Source: Actinomycetota bacterium
GTDB taxonomy: Bacteria; Actinomycetota; Thermoleophilia; RBG-16-64-13
Assembly: GCA_016278725.1 (NCBI GenBank)
Contig: JADQBG010000010.1
Coordinates: 112,229-176,228 of the forward strand
Length of the DNA stretch: 64,000 nt
Direction: 5' to 3'
Below, piece after piece: positions 1 through 9,117 of this stretch. A program made the position numbers and the translations under genes. The notes under the pieces were generated by a model. That model did not search any database, had not been told where the DNA came from, and worked only from the letters and a program-made list of their open reading frames with translations. Position 1 is the stretch's first letter; the number at the start of each line of letters is the position of its first letter.

Positions 1-301
1 GGTCGCGATACTCGGGTTCGTGCTCCAGGACCAGGTTGGTGACGTAGAGCGTCAGGCAGTCGAAAAGAATGGTGTCCCACTCCCCCTCCCGCTCGCGCAG
101 CAGCTCGACCGCCGCCCTCGGAGCGTCGAGGGTGCCCCAATCTGCCGGGCGGTCGGCCTGATGGCGCTCGATGCGAAGCTTCATCTCCTCGTCGCGGGCT
201 TCGGCGGTGGCCACGTAGAGAACCCGGCCCCCAAACTCCCCCGCCAACCGCTCGGCGGTCGAAGATTTACCACTACGGGTGCCACCGGTGACAAGAATCA
301 T
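1..301 (-). CDS. cobU: Adenosylcobinamide kinase / adenosylcobinamide-phosphate guanylyltransferase (CobU/CobP); only the 5' part lies in the window
   Basis: Not in the ORF track. Manual translation from ATG at 301 gives MILVTGGTRSGKSSTAERLA...VLYVATA...DEEMKLRIERHQADRP..W...ILFDCLTLYVTNL, matching the CobU P-loop, RIxxH and DCLT motifs. It lies downstream of a cobalamin riboswitch. Confidence 0.93.
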   Translation of the reverse strand, partial: MILVTGGTRSGKSSTAERLAGEFGGRVLYVATAEARDEEMKLRIERHQADRPADWGTLDAPRAAVELLREREGEWDTILFDCLTLYVTNLVLEHEPEYRD

Positions 302-384
302 GCGGACCTCGCAAAAGGGGTCGCGAAAGCGCGACATGGGATGGTCGAAGGAGCGAGATAGAAGCGGAATATCGAAGTAGCCAT
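298..384 (-). CDS. Putative 28-aa leader ORF coupled to cobU
   Basis: ATG at 384 follows GAGGAAAAGGG. It reads MATSIFRFYLAPSTIPCRAFATPFARSA and its TGA overlaps the cobU ATG (ATGA). Confidence 0.35.
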   Translation of the reverse strand: MATSIFRFYLAPSTIPCRAFATPFARSA

Positions 385-421
385 GCCTGCCCTTTTCCTC
401 GAAAGGCACCCCCAGCACGAA

Positions 422-576
422 GGCAGTGGCAGGTTTCCTGACTTCCGGCTCAAACGCTCCTGCCTCCTCCTTCCCAACCCGAGGGTCAGTGGCTACGGAG
501 GCGGAACTTGCCGGTTACAGTGGCGGGACCGTGTCGGACTTGCACCGACTTCCCTAGGCCGTTAGGCACCACTACC
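422..576 (-). ncRNA. Cobalamin (B12) riboswitch
   Basis: Minus strand reads GGTAGTGGTG..AGGGAAGTCGGTGCAAGTCCGACACGGTCCCGCCACTGTAA..GCCACTG..GGGAAGG..AAGTCAGGAAACCTGCCACTGCC, containing the B12 box and the P1 pairing. It sits directly upstream of cobU. Confidence 0.96.
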
Positions 577-588
577 GAACGTGACCGC

Positions 589-617
589 AGCTTAGCGTGG
601 TCTGACCGGCTGTGCAA
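589..617 (-). promoter_or_regulatory. Housekeeping-sigma promoter for the riboswitch-cobU transcript
   Basis: TTGCAC-17 nt-TAAGCT just upstream of the riboswitch 5' end. Confidence 0.6.
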
Positions 618-650
618 CCCCGGACCGGTTGGGCGGTCGCTCCTGGGGGT

Positions 651-1781
651 TCAGCCGTCCTTTTGGTAGACCGGGGTTTCGCCGTACACCACCCCCAGAG
701 CCTGACGAGGACGGGGATGCCGGGGAGAGGTCCGGAAAGGGTCAGCCGCAAACCACGCGAGTACCGCCGGGGCCCCGACTAGCAGCGCAGAACCCCATTC
801 GCTCCCCAGAAGGCCGGCTGCAGCCCCTGTCGCCTGCGCCAGTTCTCCCGGGGCGAATCCCGCCCGGCCGAGCAGATCGAGTTCGATGCCCAGAGAGCCG
901 TGGGGCACCGCCGGGGACCCGGCGTCGGTGCCCGCGAGGATGGTGACTCCGAGTTCGCGCCCCCGCGCGACGGCGGTCAGGTGCCGCCGGAATACCTCGT
1001 CGACGCCGGGATAAAGCGGGGTGGGCTTCGCGCCCCGGGAGGCCCCCTCCGCCTGTCTGCTCAGCAGATAGAGGGGGGTGAGGGTGGGCACCCAGGCCAC
1101 TTGCCCTTCCGCCAACAAGGCGAGTTCCGCCTCTCCCGCGCCGATGCCGTGCTCCACGGAGTCCACGCCCGCCTCCGCCGCCAACCTCACCGATGCCGGC
1201 CCATTGGCATGGGCGGCCAACGCGAGCCCGCAATCGCGTGCGGCCCGCACCGCCTCGGCCAAGTCCTCCTTTGTGAAATAGGGTCCGTCAACTGCACCGG
1301 AGGCAAAATCCACCGCGCCGCTCAGGATCACCTTGATCAGGTCGGCCCCCTTTTCCGCCTCGCGCAGGACGGCTTCTCGGAGCCGCTCCCCGGACGCGAG
1401 GCGACGGCCGAGGAAGCCGCCGTAGCCCCCGGGAGGAGCCAACGCCCTCCCGGCGTTGCGAACCAAAGGGAGTTCTGGAGTTGCTTTCCCGATGCCGGTT
1501 GCAGGTGCCGCCGCGCCCAGGGAGCGCACGGCGAGCGTCCCCGAGGCCAGCGTTGCTTTCAGCGCATCTCCGGAGCCCAGTTCGAGATGCACGTGAACGT
1601 CGACCAGTCCCGGGGTCAAGAAGGCGCCCGCCAGGTCGAGACTTGCTTCCCCAGAGGTCGGCTCGAGGCAGTCCCCCACCTCCAGGATGCGGCCACCGGC
1701 CACCCGCAGATCGAAGAGCAAGCGGCCGCCGGATCTCTCGGGGGACGGATCGATCCGTCCGCGGGCCTTCTTGATCAGCAT
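651..1781 (-). CDS. Amidohydrolase family protein (prolidase/imidazolonepropionase-like)
   Basis: PGLVDVHVH, IKV, AAHANG, SVEHG and GTDAG metal-binding motifs. Confidence 0.88.
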   Translation of the reverse strand: MLIKKARGRIDPSPERSGGRLLFDLRVAGGRILEVGDCLEPTSGEASLDLAGAFLTPGLVDVHVHLELGSGDALKATLASGTLAVRSLGAAAPATGIGKATPELPLVRNAGRALAPPGGYGGFLGRRLASGERLREAVLREAEKGADLIKVILSGAVDFASGAVDGPYFTKEDLAEAVRAARDCGLALAAHANGPASVRLAAEAGVDSVEHGIGAGEAELALLAEGQVAWVPTLTPLYLLSRQAEGASRGAKPTPLYPGVDEVFRRHLTAVARGRELGVTILAGTDAGSPAVPHGSLGIELDLLGRAGFAPGELAQATGAAAGLLGSEWGSALLVGAPAVLAWFAADPFRTSPRHPRPRQALGVVYGETPVYQKDG

Positions 1782-1806
1782 TTGCTCAGGCTAGAAGCCG
1801 GTGGGG

Positions 1807-2295
1807 CTAGAGGCCGGTGGGCGGGGAGGAGTCGCGGGAGTCATGGGAAGGGCCTGCGTTTGCACGATTCAGCTGAACCAGCGCGTCCTTGTACTTGCAG
1901 TGACGCAGTCCGACGATCTCGAGCAACGCTTGGGTGAAGGTCCCCAAAGCCTGGGGAACCCCTTCCGCGTCCACTTCCAGATAGATCTGACCTTGGCCCA
2001 TCCTCGCGCCGGTCTGCTTGATCGCGTTGAACACCGTCCGGCTGATCACCTCGTCAACGGACAGGTCCATACCCTGCGCCTCCAAGAAGCGGATCAGTTG
2101 GCCGCCCTCACTGACGCGGACGCGTGCACCATTGGAGGTCAGGAAGAGCGTCAGTTCCCCCCGGCCCGGATACTTGAAGGGAGTCTTGAGCGCAATCCGC
2201 GCTTCCTCGCGAAGTACGCCGATGGCCCGCTCGCTGCCCGCAAGCAAGGCGGCGTAGTCATTGGAGGAGAGAGTCAAGAAGTCAGACACGGGCAC
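1807..2295 (-). CDS. DUF1828-like hypothetical protein
   Basis: TPFKYPG..LTLFL..RVSEGG.LI.FL..G pattern resembles DUF1828. Co-oriented with the amidohydrolase. Confidence 0.55.
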   Translation of the reverse strand: MPVSDFLTLSSNDYAALLAGSERAIGVLREEARIALKTPFKYPGRGELTLFLTSNGARVRVSEGGQLIRFLEAQGMDLSVDEVISRTVFNAIKQTGARMGQGQIYLEVDAEGVPQALGTFTQALLEIVGLRHCKYKDALVQLNRANAGPSHDSRDSSPPTGL

Positions 2296-2365
2296 CTCCC
2301 AGCGCTATTGGCCCCAAGGGGCTCCCACTATATAACGCTGGGAGGGCCCAAAGAGATCTGGGCTC

Positions 2366-2764
2366 TTAGCTCTCCAGCCGCTGTTCGGCGTCCTCGGGAA
2401 GGTTGATCCCCGTCACCTCTTCGGGCCCGATCCCGGTATCGTCCAAGCCGGTGGCCGCTTCCGTCGAATCTTTGGCCTTCGACTCCTCCACCTCGGTCTT
2501 GCGGATCTCGGCGTCTTTGCGCGCCTGCTCCATTTCGCCCTCGAGCCGCGTCATCTCGTCGATCAGTTCCTGGCGCTTGGCCGCGTCCGGAGTGGAGCCG
2601 CTCCGCTGAGACTCGAACTCCAAGTAGCCGAGTTTCTTGGCGGCGGTATCCATCTGCCGCTCGAACTGGAACTCTCCCACCTTGTATCGTCCCTGCTCGA
2701 TTGCCTTCTCGGCTTCTTTGGCCACCGCATCCGTGGCGTTTGTGATCATGTCCTTGAGTCCCAT
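2366..2764 (-). CDS. Hypothetical charged coiled-coil protein
   Basis: 132 aa, E/K-rich and helical, preceded by a GGAGG RBS. Confidence 0.7.
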   Translation of the reverse strand: MGLKDMITNATDAVAKEAEKAIEQGRYKVGEFQFERQMDTAAKKLGYLEFESQRSGSTPDAAKRQELIDEMTRLEGEMEQARKDAEIRKTEVEESKAKDSTEAATGLDDTGIGPEEVTGINLPEDAEQRLES

Positions 2765-2900
2765 GGGTACCTCCGGTAGAGAAGCTGGTGCTGGGTAATT
2801 GCGGGTATACCCAGAGGAAGCCGCTTCGCCACTTTCGCGGCCGGTCTGCGCGGAGATCGCGTCCTTCGCCGGCGAAGCCCCCCAGTCCCTCGGGAGGGAA

Positions 2901-3824
2901 TCAGGCGCCCAGAAGCACGAGCCAGATGGTCATGGTCACCGCTGCCAGCACCGTGGTCAACGCCACCGTGGTCCCCACGAGCGGGGCCTCGGCAGGAATT
3001 AGCTCCCGGCTCATCACGTAGTTGGCGACCGCCGAGGGTGTGGTCAGCAAAAAGACGGTCACTTTCAGGTCGAGGCCGGCCAAGGACAGCCCGAATGCCC
3101 AGAGCAGCAACAGTCCCCATGCCGGCAGCAGCACGAGCTTGGCCAACCCGGCGGCCGCGGTGAGCCACTTGCGCCCGGCAAGACTCTGCCGGCTAAAAGA
3201 GGAGCCGATGGCCAGCAGAGCTGCGGGCAAAGCCATGCCCGCCAGCATCTCCATCCCTTCCTGCAAAGCTCCCGGCAGAGAGAGCCTCACGGCGCTGGCG
3301 ATCAGCCCGGCCAACGCGGCGATCACGATGGGGTCGAAGAAGGCGCGCAGGACCACGCCGGGGCGCAGCCCGCCGGTATCCCGCGCCAACCGGAAGAGAA
3401 CGACGGTGGCGATGGCGAAAGGGCCCGTCAGCACGCCGATGATCACTCCCGCCTTTGCCAAACCCAGTGTGCCCCAGGCCGAGAGCACGATGGGCAGCCC
3501 CACGAAGGCCATGTTTCCCCGCATGACCACCACGACCAGGGCAGCCCGAGCCGCGACCGGAACCGACAGCAGCCGCAATACCAGAAAGAAGGCCACGCTG
3601 AAGCTGGAAATGGCGAGCAGGATGCCCGCCAGCGAAACCGCGTCCACCACCTCGGAGAGCTCCGCGCCGGTGATGGCCACGAAGAGCACCATGGGCAGCC
3701 CCAGGTAGTAGACCACCTTGACCAGGGCTCCCACTTCGGCCTCTCGCAGGAAACCGATGGCCCGCAATACCCAGCCGAGGAGGATCAGCCCGAAGACGGG
3801 CGCGACGATGCCCAGGACTTCCAT
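2901..3824 (-). CDS. AEC (auxin efflux carrier) family transporter
   Basis: About 10 TM helices; PVFGLILLG, RGNMAFVGLP, KLVLLP and TPSA motifs. Confidence 0.9.
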   Translation of the reverse strand: MEVLGIVAPVFGLILLGWVLRAIGFLREAEVGALVKVVYYLGLPMVLFVAITGAELSEVVDAVSLAGILLAISSFSVAFFLVLRLLSVPVAARAALVVVVMRGNMAFVGLPIVLSAWGTLGLAKAGVIIGVLTGPFAIATVVLFRLARDTGGLRPGVVLRAFFDPIVIAALAGLIASAVRLSLPGALQEGMEMLAGMALPAALLAIGSSFSRQSLAGRKWLTAAAGLAKLVLLPAWGLLLLWAFGLSLAGLDLKVTVFLLTTPSAVANYVMSRELIPAEAPLVGTTVALTTVLAAVTMTIWLVLLGA

Positions 3825-3827
3825 GCT

Positions 3828-4520
3828 CTAGGAGAAGGCGTCGACCAGCGCGACGATCACCGGGGCGAAGAACAGCGCAGGCAGCAGATTGCCCACGCGT
3901 ACTTCCTTCAGATCGAGCAGACGCAGGGCGATGGCGAGAATCAGCACTCCGCCGGTGGCGGTCATCTCGGCGATCATCTGGTCGGTCAGCACCTGCTCGA
4001 TCAGGTCGGCACCCAGCGTGATCCCCCCCTGATAGACCAGAAGCGTGAGCGCCGAGAGGCCCACACCCCAGCCCAGGGTGGCGGCAAAGGCCAGAGCGGC
4101 GAATCCGTCCAGCACCGATTTGAGGGCGAGGATCTCCACGTTCCCGCGCAGGCCGTCCTCGATCGCCCCGAGGATGGCCATCGGCCCCACGGCGAAAACC
4201 AGACTGGCGGTCACGAATCCTTCGGTGAAGGTGCCCGACGAGGAGCGCAGCCTGGCCTGGAAGTAATCTCCGAGGGCGCGAAGGCCCGCCTCGATGTGCA
4301 TGGCCTCCCCCACCAGACCGCCAAGGAGAACCGCGCCCATCACGACCAGAAGGTTCTCGGTCTCCAGCGCCAGGGTCATGCCCAGGACCAAGGTCAGCAG
4401 ACCCAAACCGTCCATCACCGTTTCCCGCGCGCGGGCGGGAAGGCGGGCGCCCAAGAGCACGCCAAAGGTGGTCCCCACAGCGACCGCGGCGATATTTATG
4501 AGGGTTCCCAAACCGGTCAT
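3828..4520 (-). CDS. DUF554 family membrane protein
   Basis: GTLIN, EGFVTASLVFAVGPMAILG, KSVLDG and VGNLLPAL signatures. Confidence 0.9.
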   Translation of the reverse strand: MTGLGTLINIAAVAVGTTFGVLLGARLPARARETVMDGLGLLTLVLGMTLALETENLLVVMGAVLLGGLVGEAMHIEAGLRALGDYFQARLRSSSGTFTEGFVTASLVFAVGPMAILGAIEDGLRGNVEILALKSVLDGFAALAFAATLGWGVGLSALTLLVYQGGITLGADLIEQVLTDQMIAEMTATGGVLILAIALRLLDLKEVRVGNLLPALFFAPVIVALVDAFS

Positions 4521-4657
4521 GAAGAGTGGCAGTCCCTATCTGGAGGGGCCCGATTGCAATCGGCGAATGGTATCATTCGAGCGCCTCGAGACCCGCCGAC
4601 CGGCATGGCCTCAGGCGTTAGCAGCAGACCCTTCATCGCACGTCCCGAGGAGGCTCG

Positions 4658-5977
4658 GTGGCCGAAGTCGCCCCGTTTCGCGCATGGCGTTACAACCTGG
4701 ACCGGCTGGGCTCCCTGGCACCGCTGATCGCCCCGCCCTACGACGTCATCGACGAAGTAGCCCAGCGGGAACTCGTCGAGCGAAGTCCCTATAACATCGT
4801 GCATGTGGACTTGGCGGCCGAACGTCCCGACGACGACGAGGCGGAGAATCGCTACACCCGGGCGGCCTCCCTGCTCAACCGGTGGAAGGCGGAGCAGATA
4901 CTGGTCCGCGATCCGCAACCGACGCTGACGGTGGTCGAGGAGGCTTTTGTTGATCCCGAGGGACAGCCTCGACGGCGGCGCGGCATTCTGGCGGCGCTGC
5001 GGCTGGCCGACTTCGCCGAGGGCGTGGTCTTCCCGCACGAGGCCACTCTGACCGGCCCCAAGGAGGACCGCTTCCGTCTGATGAGCGCGACCGGAATGAG
5101 CCTGAGCCCGGTGTTCATGCTCTACGAGTCACCCGGGGACGAAATCCTGACCCACTGGGACCGGATAGACGGAGAGCGGACGCCCACCGCCGCCTTGGGC
5201 ATTCCCGGCGTGTCCAAACTGAGGCTCTGGGCCGCCGATGATCCCGATCTGCTCGGGTCGGCCCAAGAGACCTTGGCCGGGCGCTCCGTCCTCATCGCCG
5301 ATGGTCACCACCGCTACGAAACGGCTCTGCGCTACCGAGACGAGCAGAGAGCCCAGGGCCGGGGCGAGGGCCCCTGGGACTTCTGCCTGGTGTACCTGGT
5401 GAGCACCGACAACCCCGGTCTCGCCATCTTCCCCACGCATCGGCTGCTCCACGACCTCCCCCAAGACATGGTGAGAGACCTCCCGCAGCTGCTCACACCC
5501 TACTTCGAGGTGGAGCAGTTGAGCAGCTCGCCGGTGGCCATTTCCGCCGCGATCGACCGTTACCTCGCGGAACAGCAGGGCGAGGGGCGCGCCTTCGGCC
5601 TGGTACTGGCCGACCCGCCGGCCGCCTTCGGGGTTCGGCTGCGGGACCAGGCGTCGGTGGAGCGCTTCGCCCCGCATAGGAGTCCTGCCGGCCGCGCGCT
5701 GGACGTCACCGTGCTTCACTCCGTCATTCTCGAGGGCATCCTGGGAATCACTCCCGAGGACATTGCCGCCGAGCGCAAGGTCGAATTTGCCAAGGACCGC
5801 AACGAGGCCTTCCGCGGAGTGGCTTCGGGCGAGTACCAGGCGGGTTTCTTCATGAACCCGACGGGACTCGATCAGATGCTGGAGGTGGCGGGCGCGGGAG
5901 AACGGCTTCCGCAGAAATCCACCTACTTCTACCCCAAGCTGCCGACCGGCCTGGTGCTGTACGGCCTGGAGAAGTAG
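4658..5977 (+). CDS. DUF1015 family protein
   Basis: PFRA, APPYDVI, PHEAT, IADGHHRYETA, PTHR and PQKSTYFYPK signatures. Confidence 0.92.
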   Translation: MAEVAPFRAWRYNLDRLGSLAPLIAPPYDVIDEVAQRELVERSPYNIVHVDLAAERPDDDEAENRYTRAASLLNRWKAEQILVRDPQPTLTVVEEAFVDPEGQPRRRRGILAALRLADFAEGVVFPHEATLTGPKEDRFRLMSATGMSLSPVFMLYESPGDEILTHWDRIDGERTPTAALGIPGVSKLRLWAADDPDLLGSAQETLAGRSVLIADGHHRYETALRYRDEQRAQGRGEGPWDFCLVYLVSTDNPGLAIFPTHRLLHDLPQDMVRDLPQLLTPYFEVEQLSSSPVAISAAIDRYLAEQQGEGRAFGLVLADPPAAFGVRLRDQASVERFAPHRSPAGRALDVTVLHSVILEGILGITPEDIAAERKVEFAKDRNEAFRGVASGEYQAGFFMNPTGLDQMLEVAGAGERLPQKSTYFYPKLPTGLVLYGLEK

Positions 5978-6004
5978 ACCGGGGGGCATCCCCCAAAAAG
6001 CGCT

Positions 6005-6772
6005 CTAGTTGACCTCGAAAGGTTGAATGGCGCGGGTCTTCCCGTCTTCGCCGAACTCCAAGAAGACGCCTTCCAACCAGACGTTCTCCGTCGCGACCTC
6101 GAAGCGGGAGGGAAGCAGGTTGAGAAAGCGTTCCATGACGGCCTCGCGCTTGACTCCGATAACGCCGTTCCTGGATCCGCACATGCCCACGTCGGTGAGA
6201 TAACCGGTTCCATCGGGCAGGATGCGGGCGTCTGCGGTGCGGACGTGGGTGTGGGTGCCCAGCACCGCGCTCACCTCGCCGTCCAAGTACCAGCCCATGG
6301 CCACCTTCTCGCTGGTGGCTTCGGCGTGCAGGTCGACGATGACGTTGCGGACCCCGGACAGCTGCTCGAGCGCCTCGTCGATGGCGTGGAAGGGAGAGCG
6401 GGCGGGCTGCAGATAGAGTTGGCCCAGCAGGTTGACCACGCCCAGCCTTCCCGCGGGCGTGTCGACCACCACGAGACCCCGGCCCGGATTCTCGGGGAGC
6501 AGGTTGAACGGCCGCAACACGCGGGGTTCCTCATCCAGGAAGCGGTAGATCTCCCGGAACTTCCAGACGTGGTTGCCCGTGGTGATCACGTCCACTCCGC
6601 CCTCGAGCAGAGCCACGGCCGCCTCGGGCTTGATGCCGGCCCCGTTGGTCACGTTCTCCCCGTTTACCAGCACGGCGTCCGCCGCCCACTGCCGCTTCAG
6701 GCCCGGTAACCGCTCGAGCAGCAGCCTGAGTGCGGGTTTGCCCACCAGATCCCCAAAGAACAAGACTCGCAT
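6005..6772 (-). CDS. ymdB: YmdB-like metallophosphoesterase (TIGR00282 type)
   Basis: GDLVG, NGEN, TTGNH, DLHAEATSEK, GTHTH and TDVGM motifs. Confidence 0.92.
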   Translation of the reverse strand: MRVLFFGDLVGKPALRLLLERLPGLKRQWAADAVLVNGENVTNGAGIKPEAAVALLEGGVDVITTGNHVWKFREIYRFLDEEPRVLRPFNLLPENPGRGLVVVDTPAGRLGVVNLLGQLYLQPARSPFHAIDEALEQLSGVRNVIVDLHAEATSEKVAMGWYLDGEVSAVLGTHTHVRTADARILPDGTGYLTDVGMCGSRNGVIGVKREAVMERFLNLLPSRFEVATENVWLEGVFLEFGEDGKTRAIQPFEVN

Positions 6773-6934
6773 ATTCGCCTTTCCCCGGCTCTTAGTCCGG
6801 TGCGAAGTCTAACCCAAACGGCCAATTCGACGGCGGCGGCCGGCCCCACACCAAGTCCGGTCCTTCGTCCGAGAGGCGGGACGCCCCCTTCTCGTTAGCC
6901 TCGAGAGGCACGGATTCAACCGAAGGGAGGACCC

Positions 6935-8086
6935 TTGAGAAACCTCGATACGGTCATTCACATCGATCGATCACCGCCGCATGGCCGGATGACACTGAGG
7001 AGGCCCGCGATCGCTCTGGTGGCCGCCGGTCTGCTTCTGATGGCGCTGCTGTGGTCGGGACAGGCCGCGGCCGGGGACCAGGCGCAGCCCGACGCGCAGC
7101 CCGACGCGGGGGGTGAACCGCCCCTCGTCAATCAGCGGCTTGCCCTGGAGGGGCAGGAGGTCTCGAAGGGCCAAACCCTGCTCTCCCTGCCGTGGGGGCA
7201 GGGCGAGGGCCAGGTGGGTCTGCAGCTTCCCGGAGAGGGGCTGGCCCGCGGTCCTGAAGCCTTCGCCGTCGCTGAGGACGGGCGGATCGCCCTCCTCGAC
7301 TCGGTGAACCGGCGGCTGCAGCTATTCGATCAGGATCAACGAGTCCTTTCCAGCGTCGACCTCGGCCTAGCCGAACCCGCCTTCGTGGACGCAGATGAGC
7401 AGACGATCGCGGTTCTCGACCGTCGCGGCGAACAACTGTTGGAGTTCGACTGGCGCGGCTCTCTCCGGCAAGAACTCCAGCTCCCAACCCCGGCGGACGT
7501 TGTCACCGGTCTATTCGTCGAAAACGGTGTGGTGGGGCTGGAGATCGCGCATGACACCGTCCTCAAAGTGATCCCGGCAAGACCGGATCCCGCCGGCAGG
7601 ACCGGCGCCTCCACCGTGGCCTCCGCGGGACGGCCTTTCCGTGCCGGGCTCGCCGGAACAGTGACGGCGGAGTTCAAACGGGGATCCGCGCCGAGGGTCA
7701 ACTTCAGCGCAGGGAAAGGCGGGGAACGCTCCCGCCGGGTAGATGTGGACTTCGGGCGGCCGCTCGAGCACCTGGTGGCGCTGAGCGCCGCCGACGACCA
7801 AGTTCTCATCGCCGCCAAACTGCAGGAACCGGTACAGAACGGCGGCGCCGCTTCTCGTATCGCCGTCGCTCGGGTCCCCATGACAGAAGGCGCGGCGGCA
7901 ACGAGCGATCCCTTCGCCTCTGCCGTCGAGACCCTTATCCTGGAAGTTCCCGACTTCGCCTATGTCGGCGAGCCCTGCGTATTCGGCAAGGATGGTCTCG
8001 TGTATCAGCCGCTGGCGCAACCCGAGGGGTATTCGATCGTGGTTCACCAAACCGAAGGGCCGGTGGCGATAGGGGTCTCGATATGA
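6935..8086 (+). CDS. Secreted protein with probable beta-propeller (NHL-like) region
   Basis: GGGAGG RBS before TTG (alternative ATG at 6989). Signal peptide ending AAAG. GPEAFAVAEDGRIALLDSVNRRLQLF resembles an NHL blade. Confidence 0.7.
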   Translation: MRNLDTVIHIDRSPPHGRMTLRRPAIALVAAGLLLMALLWSGQAAAGDQAQPDAQPDAGGEPPLVNQRLALEGQEVSKGQTLLSLPWGQGEGQVGLQLPGEGLARGPEAFAVAEDGRIALLDSVNRRLQLFDQDQRVLSSVDLGLAEPAFVDADEQTIAVLDRRGEQLLEFDWRGSLRQELQLPTPADVVTGLFVENGVVGLEIAHDTVLKVIPARPDPAGRTGASTVASAGRPFRAGLAGTVTAEFKRGSAPRVNFSAGKGGERSRRVDVDFGRPLEHLVALSAADDQVLIAAKLQEPVQNGGAASRIAVARVPMTEGAAATSDPFASAVETLILEVPDFAYVGEPCVFGKDGLVYQPLAQPEGYSIVVHQTEGPVAIGVSI

Positions 8087-9045
8087 AGCCTCTCCACCGA
8101 CACCTCGTCACCGGGACTGCCGCACTGCTTTGGGCGCTTGTGGCGCTCTCCGCGGTTCCCCCCGCTCAGGCGCTTCCGTATATGAGCCGCCCCGAGATCA
8201 CCGCCCGGGCGGAGTCGGCCATGGACAGCCGATACACCTGGGGAAGAGAGAGTTGGGTTCCCAACAGCGGAGCGACCGCCGGGCCCGACTGTTCGGGCTT
8301 TGTGCTCAAGGCCTGGGAAGTGCCGCGCTCGATGCTCTACCAGGAAGAGCACGGCGAAAACGCCTACATTTCTCCCCGTTACAGCACCTATCACTTCTAC
8401 AACGACCTGGGTCCCTGGTACGGCATTTCCCGGGACAGCCTGGCCGAGGGGGACGCGCTGGTCCGCCGGAGTGGAGACAGCGGCCACGTGGTTCTCTATG
8501 CCGGCGGTGACCGCTGGGGCTACCCCGTCATCTACGAGGCTCCTTACACCGGAGCGGGGGTCCGCCGGGTCAGCCGCTACATCGGCGACGAATATCGCGC
8601 CATCCGCCGCTACAGCCTCAGCGGTTCGGAAATCTTGCTGGATAATCCCACCGCCAAGAGCACGGCGGGGAGTGATGTTGGCGGCAACTGGACTCGGTCG
8701 ACCAGCGTGAGCGGCTACTACGGAGACGACTACCAAACCACCTACGGCACCTCCGCGCGCTCATACGCTCGCTGGACGCCCCGCCTGCCGAGCTCCGGTA
8801 CCTACGCGGTCTACCTGCGCTGGACCAGTTGGCCCAACCGGGCGACCAACGCCAAGGTGACCATCAATACCCCCGGCGGGCAGCTCGTGCGTTACGTCAA
8901 CCAACGGGAGAATGGGTCACGCTGGGTCTACATGGGCCGTTACTATTTCGGGGCCGGCTACAGCACCGGCTCCGGCAGCGTTTCGATTCACGCGACCGGC
9001 GCCAATGGATACGTGGTAGCCGACGCCGCTCTCTTTAGTTCATAG
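8083..9045 (+). CDS. Secreted NlpC/P60-like cell-wall hydrolase with golvesin-like C-terminal beta-sandwich
   Basis: Signal peptide (AQA). YTWG..GPDCSGFV and GHVVLY catalytic motifs. C-terminal WTP.LP..GTY.VY..W..RATNA..VNQ..NG..W..G.Y.F..VVADA domain. Confidence 0.8.
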   Translation: MKPLHRHLVTGTAALLWALVALSAVPPAQALPYMSRPEITARAESAMDSRYTWGRESWVPNSGATAGPDCSGFVLKAWEVPRSMLYQEEHGENAYISPRYSTYHFYNDLGPWYGISRDSLAEGDALVRRSGDSGHVVLYAGGDRWGYPVIYEAPYTGAGVRRVSRYIGDEYRAIRRYSLSGSEILLDNPTAKSTAGSDVGGNWTRSTSVSGYYGDDYQTTYGTSARSYARWTPRLPSSGTYAVYLRWTSWPNRATNAKVTINTPGGQLVRYVNQRENGSRWVYMGRYYFGAGYSTGSGSVSIHATGANGYVVADAALFSS

Positions 9046-9068
9046 CCGCAGCCTGGGCCGCAAAAGTC

Positions 9069-9092
9069 GGAGGGGCCCCTGGGGGCCCCTCC
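9069..9092. terminator. Hairpin between convergent genes, probable terminator
   Basis: GGAGGGGCCC-CTGG-GGGCCCCTCC perfect stem, with a T-run following on the minus strand. Confidence 0.6.
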
Positions 9093-9117
9093 CAAAGAAT
9101 CCGGGCGTTCGATGCGC

